From Chloropicon primus (lineage: Eukaryota): 64,000 nucleotides of DNA. Each line of letters begins with the position of its first letter. Position 1 is the first letter of the stretch. The position numbers and the translations under genes were made by a program. Shown here piece by piece: positions 31,379-43,289 of this stretch. Where the stretch lies: the NCBI GenBank assembly GCA_023205875.1, contig CP060771.1:186001-250000 (forward strand). The letters run 5' to 3'. A model generated the notes under the pieces. It saw only the letters and a list, made by a program, of their open reading frames with translations. It was not told the DNA's origin and did not search any database.

Positions 31379-32348
31379 ATGGCACCGAACTCCAACTGCA
31401 CGGACTTCAAAGTCGTTGTGCTTGGCGAAGGTGAGTGAAGAGGTTCACGGTTGAACCGTCGGGGCTTGTCTGCGAATGCAGGAGAAGCCCTTGATGGAGA
31501 GGGAGAACCTTCCTTGTGTGACACACTGGGAAAACGAGTTTTTGTTTTGTTTTGTTTGGGGTTGGGTTTCTTTCTTTGTTAGGCTGACAAAACGTTCTCT
31601 TCCCCTTTCAGGACGTGTTGGCAAGACGAGTCTTATCCTTCGATACGTGCGACAAATCTTTGCAGAGAACCAGCAAGCGACCATTCAGGTAAGACCTTCC
31701 TCTGCCCACAACCTCCCGTCCCAAAGATGACCCAGAAAACTGACCTCGAGGTGGTGGTGTCCATTGTCCCTTTGTCCATTCCATTCTGTTCCGCTTGCAT
31801 TGGTTTTTGTTCTTGTTGTTGTTCAGGCTTCTTTCTTGACGAAGAAGCTAACTTTAGGGAACTCAAGAGTCCAGCTAGCGATTTGGGACACGGCTGGCCA
31901 AGAACGCTTCCACGCCTTGGGACCTATCTATTACAGAGACGCTGACGCTGCGCTTCTCGTGTACGACATCACAGACAGAGACAGCTTCAACCGGGTGAAG
32001 AACTGGGTGAAGGAGCTCCGCAAGTTTGTGCAGAGGGAGATCGTTGTTGTGATCGCTGCCAACAAGCAAGACTTGGCTCGAAATCAGCAGATACCTGACG
32101 ACGAGTCACAGGAATACGCAAAGTCGATCAAGGCCGGGCACTTCAAGACCTCCGCCAAGGCGGGCAAAGGCGTCGAACAGATGTTCTTGCAGATCTCTAG
32201 ACAGCTGCTAGCGCAAAGGAGTGCCGAGCTCTCCAAGGCTGCGTCATCTGCTAGCTCTGGCTCGAAAGGGACGGGTTCGACGGGACGAAGGAGCGTGATC
32301 ATTAGCGACGAGCCTTCGAGTTCTGCCACGAAAAGCAGCTGTTGCTGA
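31379..32348 (+). CDS. RAB21: Rab21-type small GTPase; exons 31379-31430, 31612-31688, 31827-32348
   Basis: GEGRVGKTS, TIQASFLTKK, WDTAGQERFHALGPIYYR (Rab21-specific), C-terminal CC prenylation site. Confidence 0.9.
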
Positions 32349-32680
32349 GCCCAGCACATCGCCCCTGTCTCGTGGTCGCCCCCCTTTTTTGTCCTGTACA
32401 ACACAACAAAACCAAAACACACAACCGCTTGATTCAAATAATGACCACGGCAAGCAGCCAAGCAGCATCCGTTACGTTACGGATGTTTGTAAAAATATTA
32501 TGAAGACAATTTTTTTCTTCTTCTTCTCCTCTCTCTCTCTTACTCTTCACTTGACTTGTCTTTCTCTCCGGCTTGTGCTTCTGGGTCAGCGTCAGCGGTT
32601 ACACGATCATCATCGGCGGTGGCTGCGTTCCATGTCAAGCGCTCTCTTGTCTCTCTGTCCCTCCCTCTGTCCCAGTGGTG

Positions 32681-33886
32681 TCAAAGAGAGTTCTCCGACG
32701 ACGTCGGCAACTTTTGCGGCGAGAAGACTGTGTACCCTGGCTTCAAGTTATAGAACTGGTGCAGGGAGACCGAAACCATCGCGAAGGCAATCAGGAAGTT
32801 GCTGGTGAGCTTCTGATTGAAAAGGGTAGCGGAAAGCAACCCGGTGACCAAGGTGGCGATGTTTGAAGAAAACTTCTTCATGATGGTATCGGCAAACTTG
32901 AGGAACAGAGACGCAAGGACCCCCTGGCACGAGTTGCAAACAATTATAAGCGTTGTCTTGTAGTTCATGCCCCCAAAGAAGCCTTGGTACTTGTCTAGAG
33001 CCCGAGAAGAAGGAGAGCGAATCGTGTTAGTCAATGCCGCCTGTGTGTTGCCTGTCCTCTGCAAAGATGCCAACAACTTACCTGGCTGGAGGAGAGAGTA
33101 GCCTAGCACGCCCGTCAGGTTCAAGCAGGTCCCGAAGAAGTACAAGGTGAAGCACTGAATCACCACATGCTCGCTGTAGTTCCCCTTGAAGAGCTTCTCA
33201 TTGAAGACGCTTGCCAAGCTCGCCAGTCCTATCGAGACGGAGGTGTAGATCCAGCCCGATAGCTGGATGTCCATGTTCAGTCCCGAGTCCTTGGTCATCT
33301 GATTGACGGTTACCCCGAGCACAAGCAGCATCAACGCTTCCCACTGATAGACGCTGTAGTGCCGTCGCAGCAAAGTCCTCGACAGCAGTGCGATGAAGAA
33401 CACCTTGAGGTTGTGAATCATCTTCACCGTCGTGGGCTCGAAGTACAGCTGCATGACGAACTTGAGGTAGTTGTTGATCGCGTACAAGACCGCCGGGATC
33501 ACCAAAAGATAGTTCGTTCGTATCATCTTGTACAGCGCCTTTGCCGAGAACTCTCCGTACCTTGGCCTGGACAGGCCCTTGGCGAAGATCATGCAAAGCA
33601 TGAAGGTCGCCTTCGACCCTTCGATCAGAAGGTTCACGCACACGGGGTTGAAAGCAAAGTGGTTCCCCGTCTTGGACGCCTGGACCAAGATGGGCTGCAA
33701 CCCAACCAGAATGATGTCGCAAAACACCAAAATGCCAATGAACATCCTCTGTGAAGTTCCTATCTGTGACTTCTTCGTCTTCTCTTCCGCAGGATACGCT
33801 TGAAAGCGTCCCCTTCCGTTCTCCTCGTCCGCCACCACCACCCCGTTCTGGTTCTGCTCATACTTGTTGTGCAGAGTCGTGTACAT
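32681..33886 (-). CDS. Nucleotide-sugar transporter (SLC35A / CMP-sialic acid transporter-like); in-frame intron 32995-33081
   Basis: VGLQPILV, IPAVLYAINNYLKF, NLKVFFIA, KFADTIMKKFSS; multiple TM helices. Confidence 0.9.
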   Translation of the reverse strand: MYTTLHNKYEQNQNGVVVADEENGRGRFQAYPAEEKTKKSQIGTSQRMFIGILVFCDIILVGLQPILVQASKTGNHFAFNPVCVNLLIEGSKATFMLCMIFAKGLSRPRYGEFSAKALYKMIRTNYLLVIPAVLYAINNYLKFVMQLYFEPTTVKMIHNLKVFFIALLSRTLLRRHYSVYQWEALMLLVLGVTVNQMTKDSGLNMDIQLSGWIYTSVSIGLASLASVFNEKLFKGNYSEHVVIQCFTLYFFGTCLNLTGVLGYSLLQPGKLLASLQRTGNTQAALTNTIRSPSSRALDKYQGFFGGMNYKTTLIIVCNSCQGVLASLFLKFADTIMKKFSSNIATLVTGLLSATLFNQKLTSNFLIAFAMVSVSLHQFYNLKPGYTVFSPQKLPTSSENSL

Positions 33887-34084
33887 CTTTGCTCCTTCTT
33901 CTCGAGCTTGGTGCTCCAGGCAACTCAAGGGCTCTGTCTGTGCAGGTCACCAAAGTATGCAGTAACAAGGAAAGGCCTTTCTGGCCTCTACAACCAAAAG
34001 CTCGCCTCCTCGTTCAAGTTTGAAACGATTCTTGTGATGACGTCTCTCTTCGGCTCCATTCCAGCCGAATTACGCTGCGAACGC

Positions 34085-34138
<54 letters not shown>

Positions 34139-35285
34139 GAGCACCAAAGGCCAAAGCTTTTCTTTCTTCTTCCTTTGCAGCCAAGTGGGTCCCTTGTCAA
34201 TGCCTCGCGGTCGAGGGAGGCCACCTTCAGACGCTTGCTTGGCCGTGCTGGGTGATCCGCTTAGTCCATCATCCCTCCCCTCGTTGCTCCTGCCGTTCTC
34301 AACCTGCACCAAAGGTAAGCAGGTAGGTAGGTAGAGAGAGGCAACAGAGGACACCTTCATCAGTGGATACAATCCTCCCAAGATAACGACCTTTGTCGAG
34401 CGAGAGCTCTTTGGAAAGAGGAAGAGACGACTATTCCACTCGTGCCTCAACCCTTTGCCTCTGACTCTCGCCTCTGCCTTCAATCCTACGCAGACTTACC
34501 TTGAATCGATGCTAGTCCGCCTCCAGTCCTCTAGAGGACACGCTAATCCAAGAGCAAGAGAGCAGAGAGCGAGAGAGCAAGAGAGCAAGAGAGCAAGAGA
34601 GCAAGATCTTTCCTCTCAGAGAGAGAGAGAGGAGGAAGGCTTCAAGTGTTCACAGTGTCCCACCTTGCTTTTCATTATCGCAATTAGGATGAAGGACAAC
34701 GAAGAAGAGAAGAAGAAGAAGAAGAAGAAGAAGAAGGAAAAGGTTTTGAAGGAAAGGACGTGTTCACCTTCGTTTCTTCCAAACGAAAACGAACGACGAA
34801 CGACGAACGACGAACGCGTCCTTTCCTTCATTCTTCTTTCTTTGTCTCTCTGTTGTTCTTGCTCTCACAGTCTCAGTTTTGCGAAGTTCATCCAAAGATT
34901 TCAAAACCTTATCCTGAAACTGAACACCTTATCGTAAAATGTGAGGTTAAGATTGCGTTTCGCATGGTAAGGCGAGGAGAAAGGCAGAAAGGTGGCAACT
35001 TTGGCAACACAAGACAGGACAAAGGGATCCAAGGGAGCCAGCTTGCCTCTTGCTTGTCCAAGCGTCGATAGCCTCGATTGCCTTCGTCCTTGCATCAGTT
35101 GGAATCGTAGAGGTATATAGTTTCCTTGAACTTATTGATAAAGGTTTTTAGTTGGACACACACACACACACACAAGCACACACATAAGCGGCGAGTTGGG
35201 TTGGGTTGGGGTTGGGCGGCTGAGTTTATAATTTTTGGAGTCACGGCGTGGACCTGGCTCGAAGGAAGACTCAAGTGGCGCCAGG

Positions 35286-37260
35286 ATGAAGTTGCCTGAT
35301 GAGGCATTGGCCTCCTTCAGCATCTGTATCCTGCTCTCTTTGCTGATTGTAGCCATGCTCGTGGGATACTTGTTGAGGCAGTGGGGAGTGAGCTACGTGC
35401 AGGAGGCAGGCGTTGCACTGGCTCTGGGAGTTCTTGCAGGCCTCGTCGTCCAGTACCTGAGCGGGGACCAGGACGAGCAGAAGTGGTTCACATTCCAACC
35501 CAAGTTCTTTTTCCTCTTCTTGCTGCCTCCAATCATCTTTGACTCTGGGTTTGGTCTCAACATGAAAGCCTTCTTTAGGAACTTTGGCAGCATCTGTATG
35601 TTTGCGTTCTTCGGCACTTTCGTGTCGGCTTGCGTTTTCGGGCTCATCATTTACTATGCCGGTGTCTTCGGAGTGTGCTACCAGCTCCCGCTTCTGGAAG
35701 CCTTCCTCTTTGGCTCACTTATCAGGTAAGTCCCGGGGACAGAGACCTCGAGCCCAGGGCCTCAACTGGCCATCTTTGTGCTTGCCCGCGCTGCATCACT
35801 GACACCTTCACCTGCATCTCGTAGCGCGACGGATCCGGTCACGGTGCTCGCCATCTTCCACTCCTTGAAGGTGGAGCCAAAGATGTATTCATTGGTCTTC
35901 GGAGAGTCCGTGCTGAACGACGCGGTAGCCATTGTGCTGTACAAGACTCTCGTGAGCTTCAAGGGAAAGGAGGTGTCCGTCAAGTCGTGTGGAATAGCTG
36001 TGGGACAGTTCTTGACGATATTCGTAGGCAGCTTCACCATCGGTACGACGGTCGCACTGATCAGTTCTCTGCTGTTCAAGAAGGCGTCGTTCGCTCGATC
36101 GAAGAACAACGACACGACGCTCCAGGTCGCAATCGCGGTCCTCTTCCCATACTGCGCGTACATGATTGCAGAGGGCTTGACCCTGTCGGGCATCGTTGCC
36201 ATCCTCTTTACCGGTGTCACGATGGCGCACTACACGGTGAAGAACTTGGGCCACGAAGCGAGTTCCCAGCTTCGAAGTTTCTTCAGAGTTGTGGCATCCC
36301 TCGCGGAGACGTTCATCTTCATTTACATCGGCGAAGAGATGTTCCTGGCGAACCAAACTTGGAAGCACATCTCGTTGACAGGGGTCACTTTCGGTGCAGT
36401 GCTCGTCTCGAGGGTGTTCAACATCTTCCCCGGCGCTTGGGTCCTCAACCTCTTCACGAGGAAGCCGGAAAAGAAGATACCGTTCACTTATCAGAAGATG
36501 CTTTGGTTCTCGGGACTCAGGGGAGGCATCGCCTTCGCCCTTGCTTTGGAAACTTTCAAGGACATTGACGTGGAGCACGCCCAGGTGAGTGCCAGTCTTT
36601 CACACTTCCATCGCTCTAGGTATCGATGCGGCGGTGATTCGTTTTCTTGCTGACTTCTGCTGCCATCTGCTTTGCTCTGCTGTCCCCCAGGCCATCCTCA
36701 ATGCCACGCTGCTCATCATCGTTTTCACTGTGGTGGTCAACGGTGGCCTCACCGTCGCCGCCCTCAAGAGGCTAAAGATCCAGATGGGCTACATCGAGCA
36801 CAACAGGAGGAGCTACGGGGAGATCAACTTCACAGGAAGCGTTGGCGCCGGGGAGGCCGGAAGCAGGAGGTCCTCGACGGACAGGAAGCACAAGATCAAG
36901 GACATGGCGAGCATAGTCAAGCTGCAAGCGTACATCAAGGCGTGGAAGTACAACTCCTCCTTCGAGGTGTTGGACAGAAAGTACCTCATGCCTTTCTTCA
37001 CCTTGCAGACGGAGTACGGCAACGGGAGCAGGGGTTACTCAAAAATGTCGATGGATGTCGAGCTCACAGACCAGGGAAAGCCGGAGGACGGTGAGGAGGA
37101 CACTTTCGCGGAGGGGGAGAAGGACACCCAGCTCGAGATGGAACAGTCTGACGAGGATGTGGAGATTCAGGCCACCCGCTCCGGTTCCATCCGCCTGGTC
37201 TCCAGCACCCAGTCGAGATCCGAGAAGGATGAAGTGGAAGCCATTGCTTCTGAGGAGTGA
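35286..37260 (+). CDS. Na+/H+ exchanger (CPA1, endosomal NHX5/6-NHE8-like); exons 35286-35725, 35825-36584, 36691-37260
   Basis: FFLFLLPPIIF, ISATDPV, FGESVLNDAV, WFSGLRG motifs. Confidence 0.95.
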
Positions 37261-37326
37261 AAATATTTCGTTCCCTCATTGTATTCTATTTTCATTTATG
37301 AATCTAAACCTCGAAGAAGCCTTTCG

Positions 37327-37650
37327 TTCCTCCACGCCAATCCTTGCAAGCGAGGGCTCTTTGGACAGAGCAAGAGACAATGCATCCATCCATCAATACC
37401 CCACCTCTTCCCGTCTCCTCCTCCTCCTCGGCATCCACTATCACCATCACTGCCCGCCCCTCATCATCATCATCATCCACTATCCACCAGCACCAGCACC
37501 ATCAGTGCCCTTCCTCCACGCCAATCCTTGCAAGCGAGGGCTCTTTGGAAAGAGCGAGAGACAATGCATCCATCCATCAATACCCCTCTTCCCCTCTCCT
37601 CCTCCTCCTCGGCATCCACCATCACCATCACTGCCCGTCCTCCTCCTCCT
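37327..37650. repeat. Direct duplication, period 184 bp, each unit carrying the recurrent element
   Basis: ttcctccacgccaatccttgcaagcgagggctctttgga...gagacaatgcatccatccatcaataccc at 37327 and 37511. Confidence 0.95.
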
Positions 37651-37764
37651 GGAGAGCCCTTCTCGCTATTTTCAAAATTGAATTGCCGCCGAGGAGAGCG
37701 AGAACCTCAGAGGAGGGACGAGGAGCAAGGCGAACGAGGGCGAGAGAAGCAGAGTTGGAGGGGG

Positions 37765-38602
37765 ATGTCTTCGCAACAGGAAGGAGGTCGCGTCGACCTC
37801 ATGCAGCTGCCACCGCAGCAGCTTCAAGAGATCAAGCAAAGTCTCGAGGCACAGATTGAGCAGTTCACCATTAACTTCAATGACCTCCAGGTAAGGGGAT
37901 CTCAAACGATGGAGAGAGAGAGAGAAAGAAAGAAAGAAAGAGAGAGGGGGAGGGGCATCGTCTGACGGCATTCACTTTCTTTTTTCTTCGTCGTTTTCTT
38001 CGCGTCCATCCAACCCAACCCAACCCAACCACCAACCAAAAAAAAAAAGATGGCCATACAAGGCTTTCATAGCTCTGGCCTCGCCATAGAAGATCTGAGC
38101 AAGCAGCAGGAAGGTGGGTCTGATCACAGGGGTGAAAACGCATCATGAGAGACTTCACCTTTCCGCTCTCAGTTCTCTCTCTCTTTCTCTCTCTTTCTTT
38201 GTTTCTCTTGCTGTTGCTGTTCTTTCTTTTTGCTGACTCTGGAGCTTGCTTCTGTTGTTGGTCGACGGTGACGGCGTCGGTGTGTCCTGGGTGTGTTGGA
38301 GTGCAGGCAAGGAGGTTCTTGTGCCTTTGACTGCGTCTTTGTACGTCTCTGGCACTATGGGTGATCCGGACAAGGTCATGGTGGACATCGGTACAGGTTA
38401 TTATGTAGAAAAGAAGGCCGAGGGAGGCATCGATTACTGCAAGAGAAAGGTGACCCTCCTCTCGGAGTCGCTCACTTCCTTGGCGGAGATCATCAAGCAA
38501 AAGAGGCAACAGGTGCAGACGTGCCAGCAGGTGTTCGAGATGAAGATGAAGCAGTTCCAGCAGCAGGAGGCTCAGGCTCAATCTGCAAACCAGGTGGGTT
38601 GA
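37765..38602 (+). CDS. PFDN5: Prefoldin subunit 5; exons 37765-37890, 38050-38113, 38307-38602
   Basis: VLVPLTASLYVSG, VMVDIGTGYYVEK alpha-prefoldin motifs; frame-consistent introns. Confidence 0.93.
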
Positions 38603-38775
38603 GAAAGTCAGAGTCTGGCAAAGAAGGATAATCAATAAATCCCCCAAAGAGAAAGAAAAGCTTTCTGGCGTTCCTCAGTATTCTATATTTACAAGCCCAT
38701 AGACGCAGATTCTCAGCCCCGCGCTCCTGTGAAGCTCCGGGGCACGTGATCCGTTCGGTTCCCTCCACCTTTGCT

Positions 38776-39700
38776 TCAAAGGTCGAGGACACGGTCGTTC
38801 TGAGTGCCGCCGGCCTGCGTTTGGGTTTCACCAAAGGTCTTCTTCAATCTCTTAAGTTTTCTGATCTGCAACTCCGCGGACTGGAGCTCGTCAGGCGCCA
38901 CAATGTGCTGCGAGCCAGCGATGGGGCACACTCTTGGGCACGGTCTGCCAGATCTCTGCAAGTATTGCAAGAGGGCCTTCCTCTCGTAAATGTATCCCTT
39001 GGTGTCCGAGACCGGATCCACCAGCTCCGTGACGTCCACCGCCGTGATTGGACAGCGCTGGTTCTTGAGTCCAGCCTTCTGGGCTTGAGTCGGCTCCACG
39101 CAAATGATGTCCTCCTCCTCGTCCTCAGGCTGCACACCAGAAACCTCTTTGCCCTCTATCTTCCTCACGAACTCGGACCACTTGTCACTATGCCGCTCGA
39201 TATTGATCCACTGGCTGCCCTCGTTCTGAAAGGAGGCAAGCGAAGACAAGTCAGCATCCAGGCCAAAGCAAGGAGGTGGAACCGAACGAGCGAATGTTTG
39301 AGTGACTGAACGAATGAATATAAGCTTTTGATCACCACCGTACCTGTTCCTGTGCCTGTTCCACCCACTGGATAATCTCTTGAGGTGTCTTGCCTTCCTC
39401 TATCGCGCTAGCGATGCCCTCTCCTCTCCTCTTCACTTGATTCTGCTTCAGAAGGATCTCCTTGAAGCTCTCCTTCAGTTGAGCCACGAGCTTGTCATCC
39501 TTGGCCTCCTTGGCGAACAGAGCAGCATCAAGCAGGTCTGCGATCACTTGATTCGCATCGACAACCATCCGCTCGCTCTCCTTCTGAAGCTTCTCCAAGC
39601 GGAGCAAGTAAGCGGTTTTGCTGCCACCGTAGTACTGGCTCGTGCTCGCTCCTCCGTGAGTCCTCCTCGCTGGACTCCCCCACGCGTACGGTGAATTCAT
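38776..39700 (-). CDS. NSE2: NSE2/MMS21-like SUMO E3 ligase of SMC5/6 (degenerate SP-RING); intron 39226-39343
   Basis: Helical N-terminus, EEEDII, RCPIT...LVDPV...IYER..L..YL...CPIAG. Confidence 0.75.
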
Positions 39701-40222
39701 CCCTCCTTGATCTGGAAACCCAAAACCACGGAGTGATCTCTCTCTCTCTCTCTCTCTCTCTCTCACGCGCGCGCGCGAGCGTCCAAATGCTTCGAGTGAG
39801 GGGTCCACGGAAAGGTCGTGAGACGATCTACCTTGCTCGACCCCTTCCCCTCTCCTGATCGTCCTCCGCTTGGCCTCAAAGCTCGGCCTCTCCTCTCCTC
39901 TCCCCTTCTCTCTCTCTCTCTCTCGATAATGGAGGATGGATGGCACAAGGACACGAACGGATGACGAGAAGGATGCCGGGGGGAGGCCAGGGGGAGGGGA
40001 GGTTGGTGTTACCACCGGCTTCCTCGTCTCCTGATCTTTCCAAAGAGCCCTCACTTGGCAAGAATGACGCTGGGATGGGGAGGATGTTAACGCGCGAGGC
40101 GAGGGAGGATCACAGGAAGGACAAGCTTGTCTTCCTCCACACACGACACGAGTGCATTATAATTTTTTATTGCCAGCTTTGGTTGGTTAGTTGGTTGCAC
40201 AGCAGGTCCCTCTTCAGGTGGA

Positions 40223-41457
40223 TCAAGCGTCCAAGTAAGCCTTGTCCTTGATCGAGTCGGCGGCCAGCATGGAAGGATGCGTCGAAGCTCTCGTCATCGA
40301 CGGCGTCACGATGCCGCACCAGTACCTCAGGTCGGCTCGGTCTGCGTCAGAATCTCCGCTAAGCAGTTTCGGGTTCGTGTAATACAGGCACAGGGAGGTG
40401 CAGATCATGACGAGTCCCAAAAAGATGTGCGGGTTCGTCTTCGTTGGGTCCACCGCCTGCTGGATGAAGTACGAAGCGATCAAGGTCGACGAGTTTGCGA
40501 TGATCTTCAGATGAATCGGACAGCATCTCATGACCCAGGACACCAAGATCCCAGTCACAGCAAGGTTGAGCGGGATGATCCAGGTGTTCTGCTCAAAGCC
40601 ATTGAACCACCAGGACCTCTCGTCGGCCGGAAGGAGAACGTGATTCATCGCGAGGCGGATGAAGTTGACAAAGGTGCCGCAGGCGTACACCTTGAAGTTC
40701 TGCAAATGCAAGTCCTCCTCCTCTCTCTTCAGGAACATCTCGGTGAAGACGCCAGCACTCGCAGAGAGGCCGCAGCTCAGCAGGGACCATGATATTCCCA
40801 GCACCGGTGAAGCGAGAACTTGTTCGCACCTTCCTATCTGTGTCATCGCCGTCCCGATGCTCAACAGGCCCAAGGCATGCCACTGGAGCTTGGTCAGGTT
40901 CCGTCCCAAGCACACGAGGAAGAAGATCGCAGTCGTCACCGTCTTCAAGTTTCCCAGAGCGATGAAGGATATCGGAGACAACTGCAAGAGTGCAAGGAAG
41001 ACGATGTTGTTGATCAACATATAGATGAAGGCGAGGACGGCATACACGCGCCACTTTTGCCATGAATGTTGTCGAAATAGCTCCTTCTGCCGTCCCTGGA
41101 TCAATGTCCACACCACCGTGGCTAGCAGCTTGAAGAGCTCCGCCAGGAAAGGCATCACTGCATACTTGTAGGGATAGGTGTAGCCATGACTGCCCACCGC
41201 TCGCGTGCTCGCTATGCTGAAGTACTGGGAGACAAGTTGTTGTTGTTGATGTTGTTGTTGTTGATGGTGGTGGTGATGATGGTGGTGGTGATGATGGAGG
41301 AGGCAAGAGGATTCAGTCCATTGCTCTGCCGCTGAGCTCAACCCGAGGGAAAGGATTGCCATCTATTTGCGCTTACCTGTGCTGTGGTGGAAAAGCTCAG
41401 CATAAAGGCACCAAGCCACTTGGTTGGAGGCACAACTCGAAACAAGTAAAACAGCAT
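40223..41457 (-). CDS. Nucleotide-sugar transporter (SLC35A-like); exons 41457-41377, 41224-40223
   Basis: LAELFKL, IYMLINNIVF, LGNLKTVTTA, LQNFKVY, LVSWVM; the His/Gln run in the ORF track lies inside a gtaagc..ccag intron. Confidence 0.85.
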
Positions 41458-42124
41458 GACTCTTTGCCCCCTCTTCGACTCTTTCTCTCTCTCTGTGAAC
41501 GACTTTACCCTTCTCTGTCCTCAAAACTGCTTCTTGTAAACACCATGCCTCCTCAATCAATGCTCCAGGCAACCAGGGGGCAGCCTCCTAGGCTAGCAAT
41601 GCACTTGATGGACTCAAACAGGACGCTCCCGGTTGTCAAATCCCTCGAGTTTGGTACCAAACAAAAGCTCGCGAGACGTATCTTCGTCTTGCGCAAGTCT
41701 TTGGGCTTGGTTCGCGAAGCACTCTTCTCGGAGCGTCGTCAAAAGTGGAAGCCTCCTCCTTTCCTCCTGGATCTTGGATTTTGTTGGATTTGTGGGACCA
41801 AATCGTACACAGCCGTCCAGCCCTCAAGTGAGTGAGTGAGGTGGGCGCAATCAAACTGAAAGTTTAGGACGAGTGCGAAGGAAGGTTGGAAAGAGAGAGA
41901 CGCACCAGTCGACGCTACGTCTCAAGATCTTTCCATTGGTACCAAACTTGACAAGGTTTGGCGTCCGGGTTGGTTGGTGGAGAAGACTTGGAGGGAAGCC
42001 AGTCCAGGGAGTGGACAGAAGGGTGAAGGGCAAGGGTTAAAGCGAAGCCTGGGGTCGTTTATTGGCACGGCACTAGGTTTCTTTTCCTCTCATCGCTTGT
42101 TGTGAAATACCTCCTGCATCTGCC

Positions 42125-43144
42125 ATGACGGCTTCCAATCCAAGCTTGAAGACGAGCACTCTGGTAGTTGCGGGTGTGCTTACCCTTGTGACAAGTTCTC
42201 AAGGGATCTTCACCACGGCTTCCAAGGTGGACGGCAAGTATGAATACAATTTCGGAACGATTGTGCTGCTCGCCGAGATGTTCAAGCTTTTCTTCTCCTT
42301 GTACAACTTGAGGAAGGAGCTTCAACTGAAGCCAGAGTCGACCCAGATGACCAAAGATTGGAAAACAGTGTCCCTGTTTCTTGTGCCTTCAGCGATATAC
42401 TTGGCTCAGAACAACGTGCAGTTCCTTTTCCTAAAGTATGTGGACCCTTCATCTTACCAGGTCCTTGGCAACTTGAAGATAGCATCGACTGGGATCCTGT
42501 TCAGGCTTTTCCTCAAGAGGAAGCTCTCGACCCTCAAGTGGGTCGCCTTGCTTCTCTTGCTCATAGGTGCGACAACCAGTCAGCTAGACACTTGCGGATC
42601 AAAGGTACTTTCGGCTCCGATTCAGGGCTACTTGTTCGGCCTCCTGAGTGCCTCCCTTTCCGGGTTCGCTGCGGTGTACACGGAGTACATCATGAAGAAG
42701 AACAACGACTCGCTGTATTGGCAGAACGCTCAGTTGTACTTCTTCGGCGTGTGCTTCAACCTGATAAACTTGACCTATCAAGACATTCACGCGGGGTTCC
42801 ACAACGGGTTCTGGCTCATGACGCCGTTCCATGGTTACAACAAGTGGACTTACTTGGTGGTCTGCACCTTGTCCTCGTCGGGTCTTCTCGTCTCTTGGAT
42901 CATGAAGTACGCCGATAGCATCGTCAAGGTCTACGCCACTTCGATGGCTATGCTGGTGACAATGGTCGTCTCGATCTTGCTGTTCGGGCAGACGCCTACA
43001 TTGCAGTTGTTCCTCGGCATCCTCACCGCGACGGCCTCACTTCAGATGTACTATATGTCACAAGACGACCTGTTCATGCCTCCTTCGAAGGACCAGATGG
43101 CCCTCACTGGAGTGATCGTCGACTCGAGCAAAGCAGAAAAGTAA
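42125..43144 (+). CDS. Nucleotide-sugar transporter (CMP-sialic acid transporter 1-like, SLC35A)
   Basis: TSSQGI, LAEMFKL, NNVQF, GNLKIASTG, SLYWQNAQLY, KYADSIVKVYATS. Confidence 0.93.
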   Translation: MTASNPSLKTSTLVVAGVLTLVTSSQGIFTTASKVDGKYEYNFGTIVLLAEMFKLFFSLYNLRKELQLKPESTQMTKDWKTVSLFLVPSAIYLAQNNVQFLFLKYVDPSSYQVLGNLKIASTGILFRLFLKRKLSTLKWVALLLLLIGATTSQLDTCGSKVLSAPIQGYLFGLLSASLSGFAAVYTEYIMKKNNDSLYWQNAQLYFFGVCFNLINLTYQDIHAGFHNGFWLMTPFHGYNKWTYLVVCTLSSSGLLVSWIMKYADSIVKVYATSMAMLVTMVVSILLFGQTPTLQLFLGILTATASLQMYYMSQDDLFMPPSKDQMALTGVIVDSSKAEK

Positions 43145-43289
43145 GGCGAGGGCAACGAACGAACGACGTCGTTCGTTGGCCAGCCCCAAACACCACAAAT
43201 CACTTGTATTGTATTATTTATGAAACTTTATTTACAAGACACCACCAACCCACAACGCCGGCGGCGACGACGAGGACGAAGCAGGTTCC

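Noticed and set aside
1397..39700. Apparent cluster of DNA repair/replication genes (H2A.X, XPA, DEL, RFC3, NSE2, sirtuin)
   Set aside because: Interspersed with unrelated genes; apart from the DEL-RFC3 pair, chance cannot be excluded without a genome-wide test.
41225..41376. Poly-His/Gln N-terminus of the transporter in the ORF track
   Set aside because: It falls within a canonical intron; the true first exon is 41457-41377.
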